Positions 1-10,374 are shown, numbered from the stretch's first letter. The stretch is DNA of 64,000 nucleotides from Spirochaetia bacterium (GCA_963675665.1 OY776510.1:3104001-3168000), one strand, 5' to 3'. The notes: generated from the sequence alone by a model not told the origin. Numbers and translations: made by a program.

Positions 1-318
1 CATGAAAACAGCATAATAATAATTCGTATGCGTATACGGCGGAAAATCCTCGTAAAATTCCACACCCTGTGGAATACGGGCTACCTTGACGGCCTCGGAG
101 AGGTTCTGTTCATTTATAATATTGGTATGTCTGTAAATGATGCAGTTTCCTTCAACATCTGCAGTGTCTTTCCAGCTGATTTTAACACTGTTTTTAAGCG
201 ATTCAATTTTTATCCTGGAGACAAAAGGAGTAAAGATACTGTTGGCCTGCGAAAACAGCATTGATGATACCAGTGAAAAACAAAGAATGATAAAAATAAA
301 AAAAAGAGTTCTCTTCAT
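1..318 (-). CDS. Secreted hypothetical protein, N-terminal part (runs off the window)
   Basis: Minus-strand frame open from ATG at 318 to position 1: MKRTLFFIFIILCFSLVSSMLFSQANSIFTPFVSRIKIESLKNSVKISWKD...YYYAVFM. Signal peptide followed by an FN3-like ISW/YYYAV pattern. Not in the ORF track because it has no stop in the window. Confidence 0.75.
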   Translation of the reverse strand, partial: MKRTLFFIFIILCFSLVSSMLFSQANSIFTPFVSRIKIESLKNSVKISWKDTADVEGNCIIYRHTNIINEQNLSEAVKVARIPQGVEFYEDFPPYTHTNYYYAVFM

Positions 319-390
319 ATCTTATATTATAATCGGCTTAATTAGTTATAAAAACACTAAATTTACATGTTTTTGTAATGCTTTCGGGGT

Positions 391-419
391 TTGACATAAA
401 AAAAATTACTTTCTAAACT
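391..419 (+). promoter_or_regulatory. Sigma70 promoter for the cas2-like/prfB operon
   Basis: TTGACA (391-396), 17 nt, TAAACT (414-419). The ATG at 426 sits at the expected +1. Confidence 0.7.
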
Positions 420-425
420 GTGCAT

Positions 426-698
426 ATGTTTGTAGCAGTTGTTTGCGATATTGCAGATGCCGGTCACAGGGACATGGTTATAGATTATCTGAGGCGGTAC
501 GGTTTTAAGCAGGCCGTTGAAAACACATTTGAATCAACTTCCATCAGTGAGAAAGCCTTAATACGTTTAAAGCGGGATATAGACAAATCGACAGATTTTT
601 ATGATAAAATAAGGTTTTACCAGTATCCTTTTGAAGGAACATTGGTTATTTCGTATCTGAATGAAAAGAAGTGGAAGAAATCAGTCATCAGAACATAA
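426..698 (+). CDS. cas2: Stand-alone Cas2-like (Cas2/VapD ferredoxin-fold) protein
   Basis: MFVAVVCDIAD..HRDMVIDYLRRYGF...NTFE...LKRDIDKSTDFYDKIRFY aligns by eye to the Cas2 pattern (YDI, L..YG, SVFE, D.IRIY). About 90 aa. Confidence 0.7.
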   Translation: MFVAVVCDIADAGHRDMVIDYLRRYGFKQAVENTFESTSISEKALIRLKRDIDKSTDFYDKIRFYQYPFEGTLVISYLNEKKWKKSVIRT

Positions 699-707
699 GG
701 AGAAATT

Positions 708-1812
708 ATGCTGCAGGAAATTGAACAGCGAATAGTTGAAATAGAAAAGAAGATCCTCGAAACATGGAGGCGTCTTTGACCCTGATAAGCTGAAAACCCG
801 AATCACCGAGTATGAAAAAAAGACAGCGGAAGAATCATTCTGGAACGACAGGGAAAATGCTGAAAAGACGCTTGGACAGCTGAAAATATTGAAAGGAAGG
901 CTTGAACCCTGGCAGGAAATAAAGAATGAAATAGAAGATACCAAAGAACTTTATAGCCTTGCTGTAGAAGAAAATGACCAGTCAATCGAGTCAGAGCTTA
1001 CCGAAAGTCTTGATAAAATAGAAAAAGAATTCGAACGGCTGGAGGTTCTTGAACTTTTGGGCAGCAAGTTTGATACAAACAATGCCTTTATTACAATTCA
1101 CTCCGGCGCCGGAGGTACTGAAGCCTGCGATTGGGTGAATATGCTGTACCGCATGTATTCGCGCTGGATAGAGCGTGAAAACTTAAAATTTCAGCTTCTC
1201 GACATGCTTGAAGCCGAAGGCGGAATAAAATCGGTAACAATGCAGGTGAACGGTGAATATGCGCACGGCTATCTGAAGGGGGAATCAGGGGTGCACAGGC
1301 TTGTCAGGATATCACCTTTTGATTCAAGTTCAAGACGTCATACATCATTTGCATCCGTATATGTTTCTCCTGTAATCGAAGATGATATCGAGGTGGATAT
1401 TAGGCCTGAAGATATACGAATAGATACCTACAGGGCTTCCGGGGCAGGCGGGCAGCATGTTAATAAAACCGACTCGGCAGTGCGGATAACACACCTGGCG
1501 ACAGGTCTTGTTGTTCAATGTCAGAATGAACGGAGCCAGCATAAAAATAAGGCAAACGCCATGAAAGTGCTGAAGTCACGATTATATGAATATTACCAGG
1601 CCGAGAAAGAGAAGGAACAGGAGCAACACGCACAGGAAAAAAAAGACATATCCTGGGGCAATCAGATTCGCTCATATGTTTTTCATCCTTACAATATGGT
1701 CAAAGATCATAGAACAAAATGTGAAACAGGAAATATTCAGGCCGTAATGGACGGAGATCTTGAAAAATTTATTGAGGAATTCCTTAAATGGAATCGGACG
1801 GCGGGCAAGTGA
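708..1812 (+). CDS. prfB: Peptide chain release factor 2, with programmed +1 frameshift
   Basis: SD AGGAG then ATG at 708. 23 codons lead to CTT-TGA-C (774-780), and the +1 frame continues into the ORF-track protein. SPF and GGQ motifs present. Confidence 0.97.
766..780 (+). promoter_or_regulatory. RF2 autoregulatory frameshift cassette
   Basis: GGAGG-CGT-CTT-TGA-C: an internal SD 3 nt before the CTT TGA C shift site. Confidence 0.95.
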
Positions 1813-2195
1813 AAGCGACAGGCAGATTTCCGGGGGTATTGATTGTAGATGATCTTCAGTTTATGCGGACGGCTATCAGGGAAATCCTTCAGAATGAAGG
1901 AATCACTGTAGCAGGTGAAGCTGAAAACGGCAGAAAATGTCTGGAATTCTATTACAGACATCCCGTAGAACTTGTATTGCTTGATATCACAATGCCTGTA
2001 ATGAACGGTATTGAAGCGCTCGGAAAACTGAAGAGGATTGATCCGGATGTCAGGGTTGTTATGTGTTCGGCAATGGGGCAGGACAAGTACATAATACGAT
2101 CAATTCAACTCGGAGCTATTGATTTTATTGTTAAACCGTTCAAGGCGGAAAGGATTGTATCGGCAGTAAGAAAGGCAATTAATTTTAATGATTGA
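1809..2195 (+). CDS. Single-domain response regulator (CheY-like)
   Basis: LIVDD, LLDITMPVMNG, MCSA and IVKPF receiver motifs. The GTG start overlaps the prfB stop (alternative start 1788). Confidence 0.9.
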   Translation: MKATGRFPGVLIVDDLQFMRTAIREILQNEGITVAGEAENGRKCLEFYYRHPVELVLLDITMPVMNGIEALGKLKRIDPDVRVVMCSAMGQDKYIIRSIQLGAIDFIVKPFKAERIVSAVRKAINFND

Positions 2196-3627
2196 ATATT
2201 CAAAAAAATTATGTTTATCAATCCTGATTATTTTATTTGCTGCATTACATATAAATGCGGATAATGAAATAAAGGCAACCGCAGCTGTTTGCCGGTTTGA
2301 GGATAAAAGCAGTGAAGAGAGTAATCTGGCATACGGTATAGCGATAAGCTTTTATGAAGCTCTGAAATCTGTTGGGGAACACAGGGTCGGCAACAAGGAA
2401 ATAAAAGCTATACTTGCCAAAAGCAATAAAGAAGAGATAACAAAAAAAACAACCGAGCTTGAAAAGCTGTATGAAGAACGCGACAGTTTGTTGTTCAGTT
2501 ATTCGCCAAATCAGCTTGCCCTGAAGATCGAGCAAAAAGATGAGCAGATAGAAAAAAAGAAAAGTGAGCTGCAGGAATTGAATGATTCTTTATCTGAAAT
2601 TGAAACCAACGTTGATGTTGATTTTTATTCAATAATTCCGGTTGAATTAAAGAAAAATGAGGACAGTTTCATATTTAACATGAATCCGGGGCCTGTTTCG
2701 GAAACAGCTGAAAAAAACGATCTCGATTTTATTGTTTATGGCTCTATAGAGGATTCAGGGCAGTACAGGTTGGTTGAAGTAAGGGTATGGAATAACCTGC
2801 TGAATGAGGATATTGAGGTTTGGCAAACGGCAGTGAGTTCGGATGAAGTCAGCAGTCTGATTGCTCCCGGTATAAAGGCCGTTAAAACAGCTGTCCTCGG
2901 ACGGGACTGGTCAGAGCTTACGGTGAAGGCTCCTGTAAACAGTATGATTTATATCGATGATGTATTTTCAGGAATTGGAAGTGTTAACGCGTTGATACTT
3001 GATCCCGGGGCGCGGACTGTGACTGTAAAGGAGCGAAACAGCGAAACGTTTGAGCAGGTTATAAATCTTGAAAAATATGAGCTGAAAGAAATTAATGTGG
3101 ACCTTGTAAAGATGAAGACACGGACACTGGTAATACAGACTTTCCCGCAGGCTGCAGATATATATATCGATTCTGAATGGAAGGGGACAAGCCCGTTAAA
3201 ATTTGAAGTACCGGGGTTTCCGACTTCAGTCATGATAAAGAAGGACGGTTTTGAACAACAAAATTTCTTTATCAGGGAAGATTCGGAAAGCATGATTGAT
3301 ATTATTTTAAAGCCTGATGTGAGTGAACGAGAGGAATATGTTCCTGATAAACGAAAGAGATTTTACTCAAGTCTTGGAGCAGGTATTTTGTCAATTCCGT
3401 TTACAGCATTGTTTTACAGCATGGTTGAGCAGAGCGGAGAAGCGTATTATCGGGAATACAATACTAACGGACTGAACAATACTGATGAGCTGCAGCGTTT
3501 ACAGAATGCCAATATGGCTCAATACAGTTTCTATCTTATTTCTTTGGGGCTGAATATTTTTCTTTTTACGGATACAATAATACAGGCCGTTGATTATGTC
3601 GGCAGTGTTGAATATTTCAGCGAATAA
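2188..3627 (+). CDS. PEGA-domain membrane/secreted protein
   Basis: Signal peptide, coiled coil, PEGA-like motifs (TFPQAADIYIDSEWKGTSPL) and C-terminal hydrophobic helices. Confidence 0.7.
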   Translation: MIEYSKKLCLSILIILFAALHINADNEIKATAAVCRFEDKSSEESNLAYGIAISFYEALKSVGEHRVGNKEIKAILAKSNKEEITKKTTELEKLYEERDSLLFSYSPNQLALKIEQKDEQIEKKKSELQELNDSLSEIETNVDVDFYSIIPVELKKNEDSFIFNMNPGPVSETAEKNDLDFIVYGSIEDSGQYRLVEVRVWNNLLNEDIEVWQTAVSSDEVSSLIAPGIKAVKTAVLGRDWSELTVKAPVNSMIYIDDVFSGIGSVNALILDPGARTVTVKERNSETFEQVINLEKYELKEINVDLVKMKTRTLVIQTFPQAADIYIDSEWKGTSPLKFEVPGFPTSVMIKKDGFEQQNFFIREDSESMIDIILKPDVSEREEYVPDKRKRFYSSLGAGILSIPFTALFYSMVEQSGEAYYREYNTNGLNNTDELQRLQNANMAQYSFYLISLGLNIFLFTDTIIQAVDYVGSVEYFSE

Positions 3628-3647
3628 TATTTTAACAGGAGCAGCAG

Positions 3648-4517
3648 GTGGCTAAACCAGGAATTGGTGAAAGACTTAAAAATTTATTTACAAAATCCGG
3701 TACCGATGAAGATTTTTATGAAGATTTTGAAGATATGCTTATTGAAGGCGACATCGGAGCTTCAGCTGCAATGGAAATAAGTGATCAGCTTAAAGAGCAT
3801 CTGGGCAGAAAAGCTCCTTCCAACAGGCAGGTCGTAAGTGATGAATTAAAAAAAATAATCGGCGGTATGGTTAAAAACGCGGATCCGGCTGTTGATCCTG
3901 AAAAAACCACAATACTTATGGTTCTCGGAGTCAACGGTGTGGGCAAGACAACTACTATAGCAAAAATTGCCGATTACTACAGAAAAGAATACGGAATTGA
4001 GCCGATTTTAAGCGCTGGAGATACCTTCCGGGCAGCGGCAATCGATCAGCTGAAACTGCATGGAGAGAGGTTGGGGTTGAAGGTAATACACCAGCAGCCC
4101 GGGTCCGATCCTGGAGCTGTGATATACGACAGTATTGAAAGCGCAAAGGCGCATGGTTCCCGGATGATTATTGCAGATACAGCCGGAAGAATGCATAACA
4201 AGGCTAATCTTGTAAAAGAGCTTCAGAAAATTGATAAAATTATAAGTTCAAAAGCTGCAGATGCAGAGTACCGTAAAATTCTGATTATCGATGCAACTAC
4301 CGGGCAAAACGGATTCAGGCAGGCTGAATTATTTAATGAAGCAGTCGGAATAGACCAGATTATTCTGACCAAATACGATTCAAGTGCCAAGGGCGGAATT
4401 GCAGTCTCTATCTGTTCAAAATTAGGTCTTCGGTTCTCGTTTATCGGAACCGGCGAAAAATATTCGGATATCCGGATTTTTGATATTGATGATTATATCG
4501 AAAAATTATTGAGCTGA
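3648..4517 (+). CDS. ftsY: Signal recognition particle receptor FtsY
   Basis: GVNGVGKTTTIAK, DTFRAAA, DTAGR, DATTGQN and TKYDSSAKGG motifs. Confidence 0.96.
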   Translation: MAKPGIGERLKNLFTKSGTDEDFYEDFEDMLIEGDIGASAAMEISDQLKEHLGRKAPSNRQVVSDELKKIIGGMVKNADPAVDPEKTTILMVLGVNGVGKTTTIAKIADYYRKEYGIEPILSAGDTFRAAAIDQLKLHGERLGLKVIHQQPGSDPGAVIYDSIESAKAHGSRMIIADTAGRMHNKANLVKELQKIDKIISSKAADAEYRKILIIDATTGQNGFRQAELFNEAVGIDQIILTKYDSSAKGGIAVSICSKLGLRFSFIGTGEKYSDIRIFDIDDYIEKLLS

Positions 4518-5548
4518 TGAAACGCATTTTAATTACCATTCTTGTATTTTTTTCTTCAGTCTTGATATATTCTGATGAGTATTACAGATCGAATATACTT
4601 GGAATGAAACTGGAGCAGATAGACAACCCGCAGGATATAGTCGACGACTGGCTTCTTACAATAAGTTACAGGAACGGAATAGAGAGCAGAATATTATATA
4701 ATGGTGCGGAGACAGTTTCAGTAATGGAAATTGAGCAAAAGGACGGCTGGGTAATTGAAACAACCAGGAGCGGAGAAAAAACTGAAATAATCACAAGGGA
4801 AAACGGCATTATTATTTCGGAGGAAACCTTTGAAAACGGAGTATTGCCTGAAAAAAATACATATGTATACAAAAATGGAAGACTGCAGTATACAGAGCAT
4901 TATTCAGGCGATGAAAAAACCTATACTGATAAATATAAATATACAAAAGAAGGGCGACTTCTTGATGTTAACAGGGAATACAACAGCAGGGCTGATAATA
5001 TAATTGTGTCTTTTATGTTTAATGACGGAAGAATCGAAAGTAATCTTTATACATCGGGGAAAAGGAACAATTATATAATTTTTGACAAAAACGGTATTGT
5101 TCTGAGCGAAAGTTATGGCGATACCTCGAATGAAACAAGAGAATACGGGACTCTGGAAAACGGACTCAGATTTGAAAAGGTCAGCAACAGTGATAATAAG
5201 GAAATTACTACTTTAATCTTTGACGAAGAAGACCGAATTATTTCAAATGAAGTCAGGTCGGAAAACGGAATTCTCAAAGAAAAAACTGAGTGGTTCTATG
5301 AATCTGACAGCATAAAGAAGATAAAAAAGAAAAAAGAACTTTTACTTGAAGTAATTGATTTCAGCTACGACAGGGACGGGATGTTGATTGAAGAGCGTTA
5401 TACAAGAAACGGAAATATTATGCAGGTCCGGGAATTTGATTCGGAGCTTGATTATACTGAAGAATTATACCGGAACGGATTGCCGGTATTAATAATAACC
5501 TATAAAAACGGTACAAGAATAAAAACAGAACAAATCCGGGACTATTAA
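4517..5548 (+). CDS. Secreted hypothetical protein with beta-hairpin (YD/MORN-like) repeats
   Basis: Signal peptide and recurring Y.NG / YD.DG motifs. Translationally coupled to ftsY. Confidence 0.65.
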   Translation: MKRILITILVFFSSVLIYSDEYYRSNILGMKLEQIDNPQDIVDDWLLTISYRNGIESRILYNGAETVSVMEIEQKDGWVIETTRSGEKTEIITRENGIIISEETFENGVLPEKNTYVYKNGRLQYTEHYSGDEKTYTDKYKYTKEGRLLDVNREYNSRADNIIVSFMFNDGRIESNLYTSGKRNNYIIFDKNGIVLSESYGDTSNETREYGTLENGLRFEKVSNSDNKEITTLIFDEEDRIISNEVRSENGILKEKTEWFYESDSIKKIKKKKELLLEVIDFSYDRDGMLIEERYTRNGNIMQVREFDSELDYTEELYRNGLPVLIITYKNGTRIKTEQIRDY

Positions 5549-6748
5549 ATGTTTAAAGAATGGGTTTTTTTTATTTCATCGCGATATATCAGGGCGGACC
5601 GCAGGGGACGAAAAATATCTCCGGGAATACTCTCTGCTGCCGGAATTGCTGTAGGCGTTATGGCCCTGATATCTGTTATTTCCGTGATGAACGGATTTCA
5701 GATGGGTTTTATTGAAGATATACTTGAAATCTCGTCGTACCATTTGAGAATAGAAAGCAGTGATGAAAAAACAGAATCGGAAATTCGGAATATAAAAGGT
5801 ATCAGAAGCGTAATGTCGTTTTATGAAACCAAGACATTATTAAACAGCCCGTATAATATTGAACCATGTCTTGTCAAGGGAATTCCTGCTCTGGCAGAAA
5901 AGCTGGATCCTGAGTTCTTCAACCAGTTGAATATAGTCAGGGGAAGTTTTGAACCGGAAATATCCGAAAGTGTTGTAATCGGAAGAATACTGGCTCTCAG
6001 GCTGGGAATTGATATAGGTGAGCAGGTTTCGGTAGTTGCTTTGAACGGAGGCACTTTTAACAAATTAAGTCCGGAAACAACAGATTTTACAGTAACCGGT
6101 ATTTTTCAATGCGGCTATACGGATTTCGATTCATCGATAATAATTATGTCTGATTATTCTTTGAAAAAAATAGATGAGGGAGCTGTTCCTGTTCTGGGGG
6201 TTAAACTTGAAAACCGTTTTAATGATGAAAAAACGGCAAAAACAATTATCGAACACACAGGACTTAACAGAGAAAATATTGTTTCATGGAGGAGCTACAA
6301 CAAAGCATTTTTCAGCGCTCTGCGGCTTGAAAAATCCGTGATGACGATAATGCTGGGTTTGATTTTTCTGGTTGTGTCGTTCGGAATATTTAACTCAACA
6401 AGAAGGACAATAGCAGAAAAGCAGGAAGAGGTGGGAATACTCAGAGCAATCGGCTCAACCCCGGTTCAGATCAGACAAATATTCGTAATCGACGGATTAA
6501 TAATAGGTATTTCAGGAGGGCTGGCCGGTACGATTGCAGGCATACTGGTGACCACCAATATTAATAAAATACTGAAAGTGTTGTCTTTGAACTCGGCCTC
6601 ATTCCTTATAAATGTGCCGGTACGAATTATGACCGGAGAAGTGCTTTTTATTCTTCTTTTTGCAGTGATTTTCTGTGTTGTTTCGGCCTATGCTGCATCT
6701 GCGAAAGTGTCAAATATAACACCGCAGGAAGTTTTGCGATACGAATAA
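5549..6748 (+). CDS. Lipoprotein-releasing ABC transporter permease (LolC/E family)
   Basis: GIAVGVMALISVISVMNGF and EVGILRAIG motifs, MacB/FtsX layout, adjacent to lolD. Confidence 0.9.
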   Translation: MFKEWVFFISSRYIRADRRGRKISPGILSAAGIAVGVMALISVISVMNGFQMGFIEDILEISSYHLRIESSDEKTESEIRNIKGIRSVMSFYETKTLLNSPYNIEPCLVKGIPALAEKLDPEFFNQLNIVRGSFEPEISESVVIGRILALRLGIDIGEQVSVVALNGGTFNKLSPETTDFTVTGIFQCGYTDFDSSIIIMSDYSLKKIDEGAVPVLGVKLENRFNDEKTAKTIIEHTGLNRENIVSWRSYNKAFFSALRLEKSVMTIMLGLIFLVVSFGIFNSTRRTIAEKQEEVGILRAIGSTPVQIRQIFVIDGLIIGISGGLAGTIAGILVTTNINKILKVLSLNSASFLINVPVRIMTGEVLFILLFAVIFCVVSAYAASAKVSNITPQEVLRYE

Positions 6749-6762
6749 GAGCGGGAGACGTA

Positions 6763-7437
6763 ATGAAACTTTTAAAAGTCAAAGAAGTTAGCAAGAAATT
6801 CAGAACTGAAGCTGAAGAGCTTCTGATCCTGAAAAATATCAATCTTGAAATCGAGAATAATACTACAACCATAATAACCGGTGAAAGCGGTTGCGGAAAA
6901 AGCACTCTGCTGAATATCCTTGGAGGTCTCGATACGGCCGACGGCGGAAGTATTGAGGTAAACGGCAGTTTTCTTGAGAAAATGAATGAAAACAGGCTGT
7001 CTGAGTATCGCAAAAAGAAGATTGGCTTTATATTTCAGTTTCACTACCTGCTCAAGGATTTTACATGTGTAGAGAATGTTATGATGCCCTTCTATATGGC
7101 GGGAAACAGTAAAAAAGCGGCTGTAGAAAAGGCTGAATCCATTCTTGAAAGGGTGAAACTCGCTGATAGAATAAAACATTATCCTGCACAGCTTTCGGGA
7201 GGGGAACGTCAGCGGGCAGCGCTTGCAAGGGCATTAATTAATGACCCCGAAATAATCCTTGCTGATGAGCCTACGGGAAATCTTGATGAGGACAATTCAA
7301 GAGTTGTTGAAAATCTTCTTTTCGACATGGTGCATGATTTTGGTAAAACCCTGCTGCTGGTAACTCATGATCCGGAACTTGCAAACAGGGGAGATGAACA
7401 CTACCAATTGCATAAAGGGGAGCTACATCTCAGATGA
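6763..7437 (+). CDS. lolD: Lipoprotein-releasing ABC transporter ATPase
   Basis: GESGCGKSTLL, GFIFQFHYLL, LSGGERQR and DEPTGNLD motifs. Confidence 0.9.
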   Translation: MKLLKVKEVSKKFRTEAEELLILKNINLEIENNTTTIITGESGCGKSTLLNILGGLDTADGGSIEVNGSFLEKMNENRLSEYRKKKIGFIFQFHYLLKDFTCVENVMMPFYMAGNSKKAAVEKAESILERVKLADRIKHYPAQLSGGERQRAALARALINDPEIILADEPTGNLDEDNSRVVENLLFDMVHDFGKTLLLVTHDPELANRGDEHYQLHKGELHLR

Positions 7438-8720
7438 AATTATTTTCGGGATTCTCTTTCTTTCTTGGAATCAGAAATTTTTATACATTCAGGAAAGGAA
7501 AAAAAAGAACAATGGCGGGAGCAGCTATAGCAATTGCCCTGTCTGTAATACCCCTTATAGTAGTTATAGAAGTCTCCGACGGTATGATTGAAGGAATTAC
7601 AAGACGATTTATTGAGCTTGAAACAGGCCATATTCAGCTTATGCCCTTTGAGGAAAGCAGTGTGAAGGAATTGAAGAATGTGAGTCTGGAACTGATGGAA
7701 TTGCCTGGAGTAAGATATGCTGCACCGGTATACCGGGGAACTGCATTGATCTACTCAAAAAGTTTCAGAACAGGAATCCAGATAAAAGCTTTTCCTGAGG
7801 ATATTCTTGAGAAAGATGACGGTTTCAGAAAGTATCTCGAAATAATCGACGGAGATTTTGATCTTTCAGATCAGTCAGGGATATTGCTAAGTAAAGAAAT
7901 TGCCGGGCAGCTCAATATATCAACCGGAGAAACTGTAAAATTATTGACAGCCAAAAGAACCAGAAGCGGAAAGATGATTCTCAGGCCCGAGCAATTCATT
8001 GTCAGGGGAATATTTTCTACCGGATATTACGAAGTAGACGCACTTTCAGGATATATTGGACTTGAGAAAGGAGAAAAGCTTTTCAGCGGTGACGGACAGC
8101 TGATTATTCAATGTAAAATTGATGATCCGTATAACGGTGCAGATGCGGCAGCAATGCAAATGCAGAAAAGCCTGGATACAGACATGTCTGTGACAACCTG
8201 GTACAGAATGCAAAGATCCATGTATGAATCATTATATACTACAAGGATACTGCTTATATTTATCATGGCGATAATACTGGTAGTTGCTGCCGTTAACATT
8301 ACATCCTCCATGATAATAATGGTGATTGAGCGGCAGCAGGATATAGCGATATTAAAAAGCTGCGGCACAAGCAGAAGACAGATAAGAAACTCCTTCATAA
8401 TAACAGGCATGATGACCGGGATTGCCGGAGCTGCCGCCGGAACATTAACCGGACTGGCTATTGCCGTCAATGTAAATGGAATAATAAATTTCTTTCAAAC
8501 TTTCTCTGGCTGGTTTAACAGAGAGATTTTAAACAGCTCCGAAACCTTCTCACTTCTTTCCGCTTCTACATATTATCTTGACGAAATACCTGTAGATCTG
8601 GATCCGAAAAAGATAATAGCTGTAGCTGCCGGTGCAGTAGTTTTATCGGTAATAGCGGCCGTACTGCCTGCGCGCAAGGCGGAAAAACTGATGCCCCTGG
8701 AAATAATGAGAAAACATTAG
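7434..8720 (+). CDS. Lipoprotein-releasing ABC transporter permease (LolC/E family)
   Basis: DIAILKSCG, YYLDEIPV and PARKA motifs. Second permease of the lol cluster. Confidence 0.9.
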   Translation: MKLFSGFSFFLGIRNFYTFRKGKKRTMAGAAIAIALSVIPLIVVIEVSDGMIEGITRRFIELETGHIQLMPFEESSVKELKNVSLELMELPGVRYAAPVYRGTALIYSKSFRTGIQIKAFPEDILEKDDGFRKYLEIIDGDFDLSDQSGILLSKEIAGQLNISTGETVKLLTAKRTRSGKMILRPEQFIVRGIFSTGYYEVDALSGYIGLEKGEKLFSGDGQLIIQCKIDDPYNGADAAAMQMQKSLDTDMSVTTWYRMQRSMYESLYTTRILLIFIMAIILVVAAVNITSSMIIMVIERQQDIAILKSCGTSRRQIRNSFIITGMMTGIAGAAAGTLTGLAIAVNVNGIINFFQTFSGWFNREILNSSETFSLLSASTYYLDEIPVDLDPKKIIAVAAGAVVLSVIAAVLPARKAEKLMPLEIMRKH

Positions 8721-8790
8721 TATTGAAATAAGATTATAATATTATAGAATTTCTCCCGAAATTTTATTACACTAAAAGTAAGGTGAATAG

Positions 8791-9303
8791 ATGAAATGCG
8801 ATATTTGCGGTGAAAAAGACGCCGTTATACATGTTAAACAGATTGCAGGCGATAAAATAACTGAACTTCATTTATGTGCGGATTGTGCCGGTGAAAAAGG
8901 CATATCCGGTGAAGAAGATGTAATAGAATTGTCGCTTTCACAGTTGCTGACCAGTCTGATAGATTTGACTGATCGCTATGCCGATAAAGAAGACAGAAGT
9001 GTCTGCTCTACATGCGGAACTACAATAAAGGATTTCAGAAAAAATGCTGCAGTCGGATGTGCTGATTGCTATAATACCTTCAGCAGGGAGATTGAAGCAT
9101 ATCTTGAGAATACGGCCGGACAGGTTCAGCATGTGGGAAAACTTCCCGAGAAAGTCGGGACGCTGAAAAAACTGCTTATAGACAAGGAAAGCCTTCGTGA
9201 AAAGCTTGAGAGCGCTATTGCGCAGGAAAATTATGAACAGGCAGCTGTCCTGCGCGACAGAATAAAGATAATTGAACAACGCGCCGGAGTGGAAGATGAA
9301 TAA
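8791..9303 (+). CDS. mcsA: McsA (CxxC zinc motifs plus UVR domain)
   Basis: Four CxxC motifs, HVGKLP and ENYEQAAVLRDRI. Upstream of mcsB-clpC. Confidence 0.92.
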   Translation: MKCDICGEKDAVIHVKQIAGDKITELHLCADCAGEKGISGEEDVIELSLSQLLTSLIDLTDRYADKEDRSVCSTCGTTIKDFRKNAAVGCADCYNTFSREIEAYLENTAGQVQHVGKLPEKVGTLKKLLIDKESLREKLESAIAQENYEQAAVLRDRIKIIEQRAGVEDE

Positions 9304-10357
9304 TACAGTCAAGATTGATAAAAAAAAAGGTTGGTTCTCTCAGCGCGGAAACAGGGATGATGTGGTTATTTCAAGCCGTGTACGACTTGCGCGGAATATT
9401 AACGGTCATAAATTTCCGGGTAAACTGAGTACAGAAGATGAAGAAAATGTAGATCGGGAAATTATTGATGCATTCGAAACGATGGGAAAATCGGAAGAAT
9501 GGGGATATTCCGGAATCGGTAAAATCAAGCCGCTTGACAGAAAAATTCTTCTTGAGCGTAATTACCTGACACAGGATTTTATACTGCATTTGAATAAAAA
9601 TATAATCTTGAGAAAAGACAATCTTTGCTCATGTATTTTAAATGATAAAGATCATTTAAGGCTTTCAGTTTTTAACGGCGGTCTTGAAGTCCGCAAATGC
9701 GCAGAAAGGGCGGACGCTATTGATTTAAATCTTGAGGCAAAACTGGATTATGCCGTTTCATTTGAATTCGGATACCTGAATACAGAAGTTAACAACCTGG
9801 GTACCGGTATGAAAGCGTCCGTGATGATGCATCTGCCGGCGCTTGTAAGAACCAATCTGATTGAAAAAGCTTTAAAGGCGGTAGTGCAGATTGGTTTTAC
9901 TGTCAAGGGTTTTATGGGAGATGAAGATAATTCTCTTGGAAGTATGTACCAGATATCCAATCAGTTTACAATCGGACAGTCCGAATCCGAAATTATTGAG
10001 AAGCTGGAAAATCTTGCTATACAGATATCCGATTACGAACAAAAAGCAAGAGTAGAAATGTATGAGAAAAAGCGAACCGAGATTGAAGACTATATTTTCA
10101 GAGCTTTCGGCCTTTTGACTAACTGCAGGCTGTTAACGTCAAATGAGGCTATAAGTAATTTGTCGGCATTGAGAATGGGAATATCGCTCGGGTTAATTGA
10201 TTTGCCGATTGAGATTTGTACCGGTCTGATTTTTCTAAGCCAGAAATCTCATATTCAGAAGATGATAAAGGATAAGGACGCAGGGGCTGACGAAATGCTG
10301 GTTGATTATACACGTGCAGAGTATATCAAGGACGCAATCAGTAAAAAGAAGCTTTAA
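9296..10357 (+). CDS. mcsB: McsB-family ATP:guanido phosphotransferase with degenerate active-site motifs
   Basis: [25 protein letters not shown] and YQISNQ motifs. NEEDH reads NDKDH. Confidence 0.88.
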   Translation: MNNTVKIDKKKGWFSQRGNRDDVVISSRVRLARNINGHKFPGKLSTEDEENVDREIIDAFETMGKSEEWGYSGIGKIKPLDRKILLERNYLTQDFILHLNKNIILRKDNLCSCILNDKDHLRLSVFNGGLEVRKCAERADAIDLNLEAKLDYAVSFEFGYLNTEVNNLGTGMKASVMMHLPALVRTNLIEKALKAVVQIGFTVKGFMGDEDNSLGSMYQISNQFTIGQSESEIIEKLENLAIQISDYEQKARVEMYEKKRTEIEDYIFRAFGLLTNCRLLTSNEAISNLSALRMGISLGLIDLPIEICTGLIFLSQKSHIQKMIKDKDAGADEMLVDYTRAEYIKDAISKKKL

Positions 10358-10374
10358 CCATAGTGGAGGACAGA

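Noticed and set aside
28-394. + strand ORFs 28-264 and 137-394
   Set aside because: They overlap the better minus-strand signal-peptide gene at 1-318.
889-1812. ORF-track start of prfB, or prfB as a pseudogene
   Set aside because: Explained by the canonical programmed frameshift from the ATG at 708.
8721-8790. CtsR box or CIRCE element upstream of mcsA
   Set aside because: No GGTCAAA-type direct repeat or TTAGCACTC-N9-GAGTGCTAA is visible.
9320-9328. Other A8-A9 tracts as phase-variation sites
   Set aside because: They are in-frame Lys runs, which are common in this AT-rich sequence. Only the out-of-frame A12 is informative.
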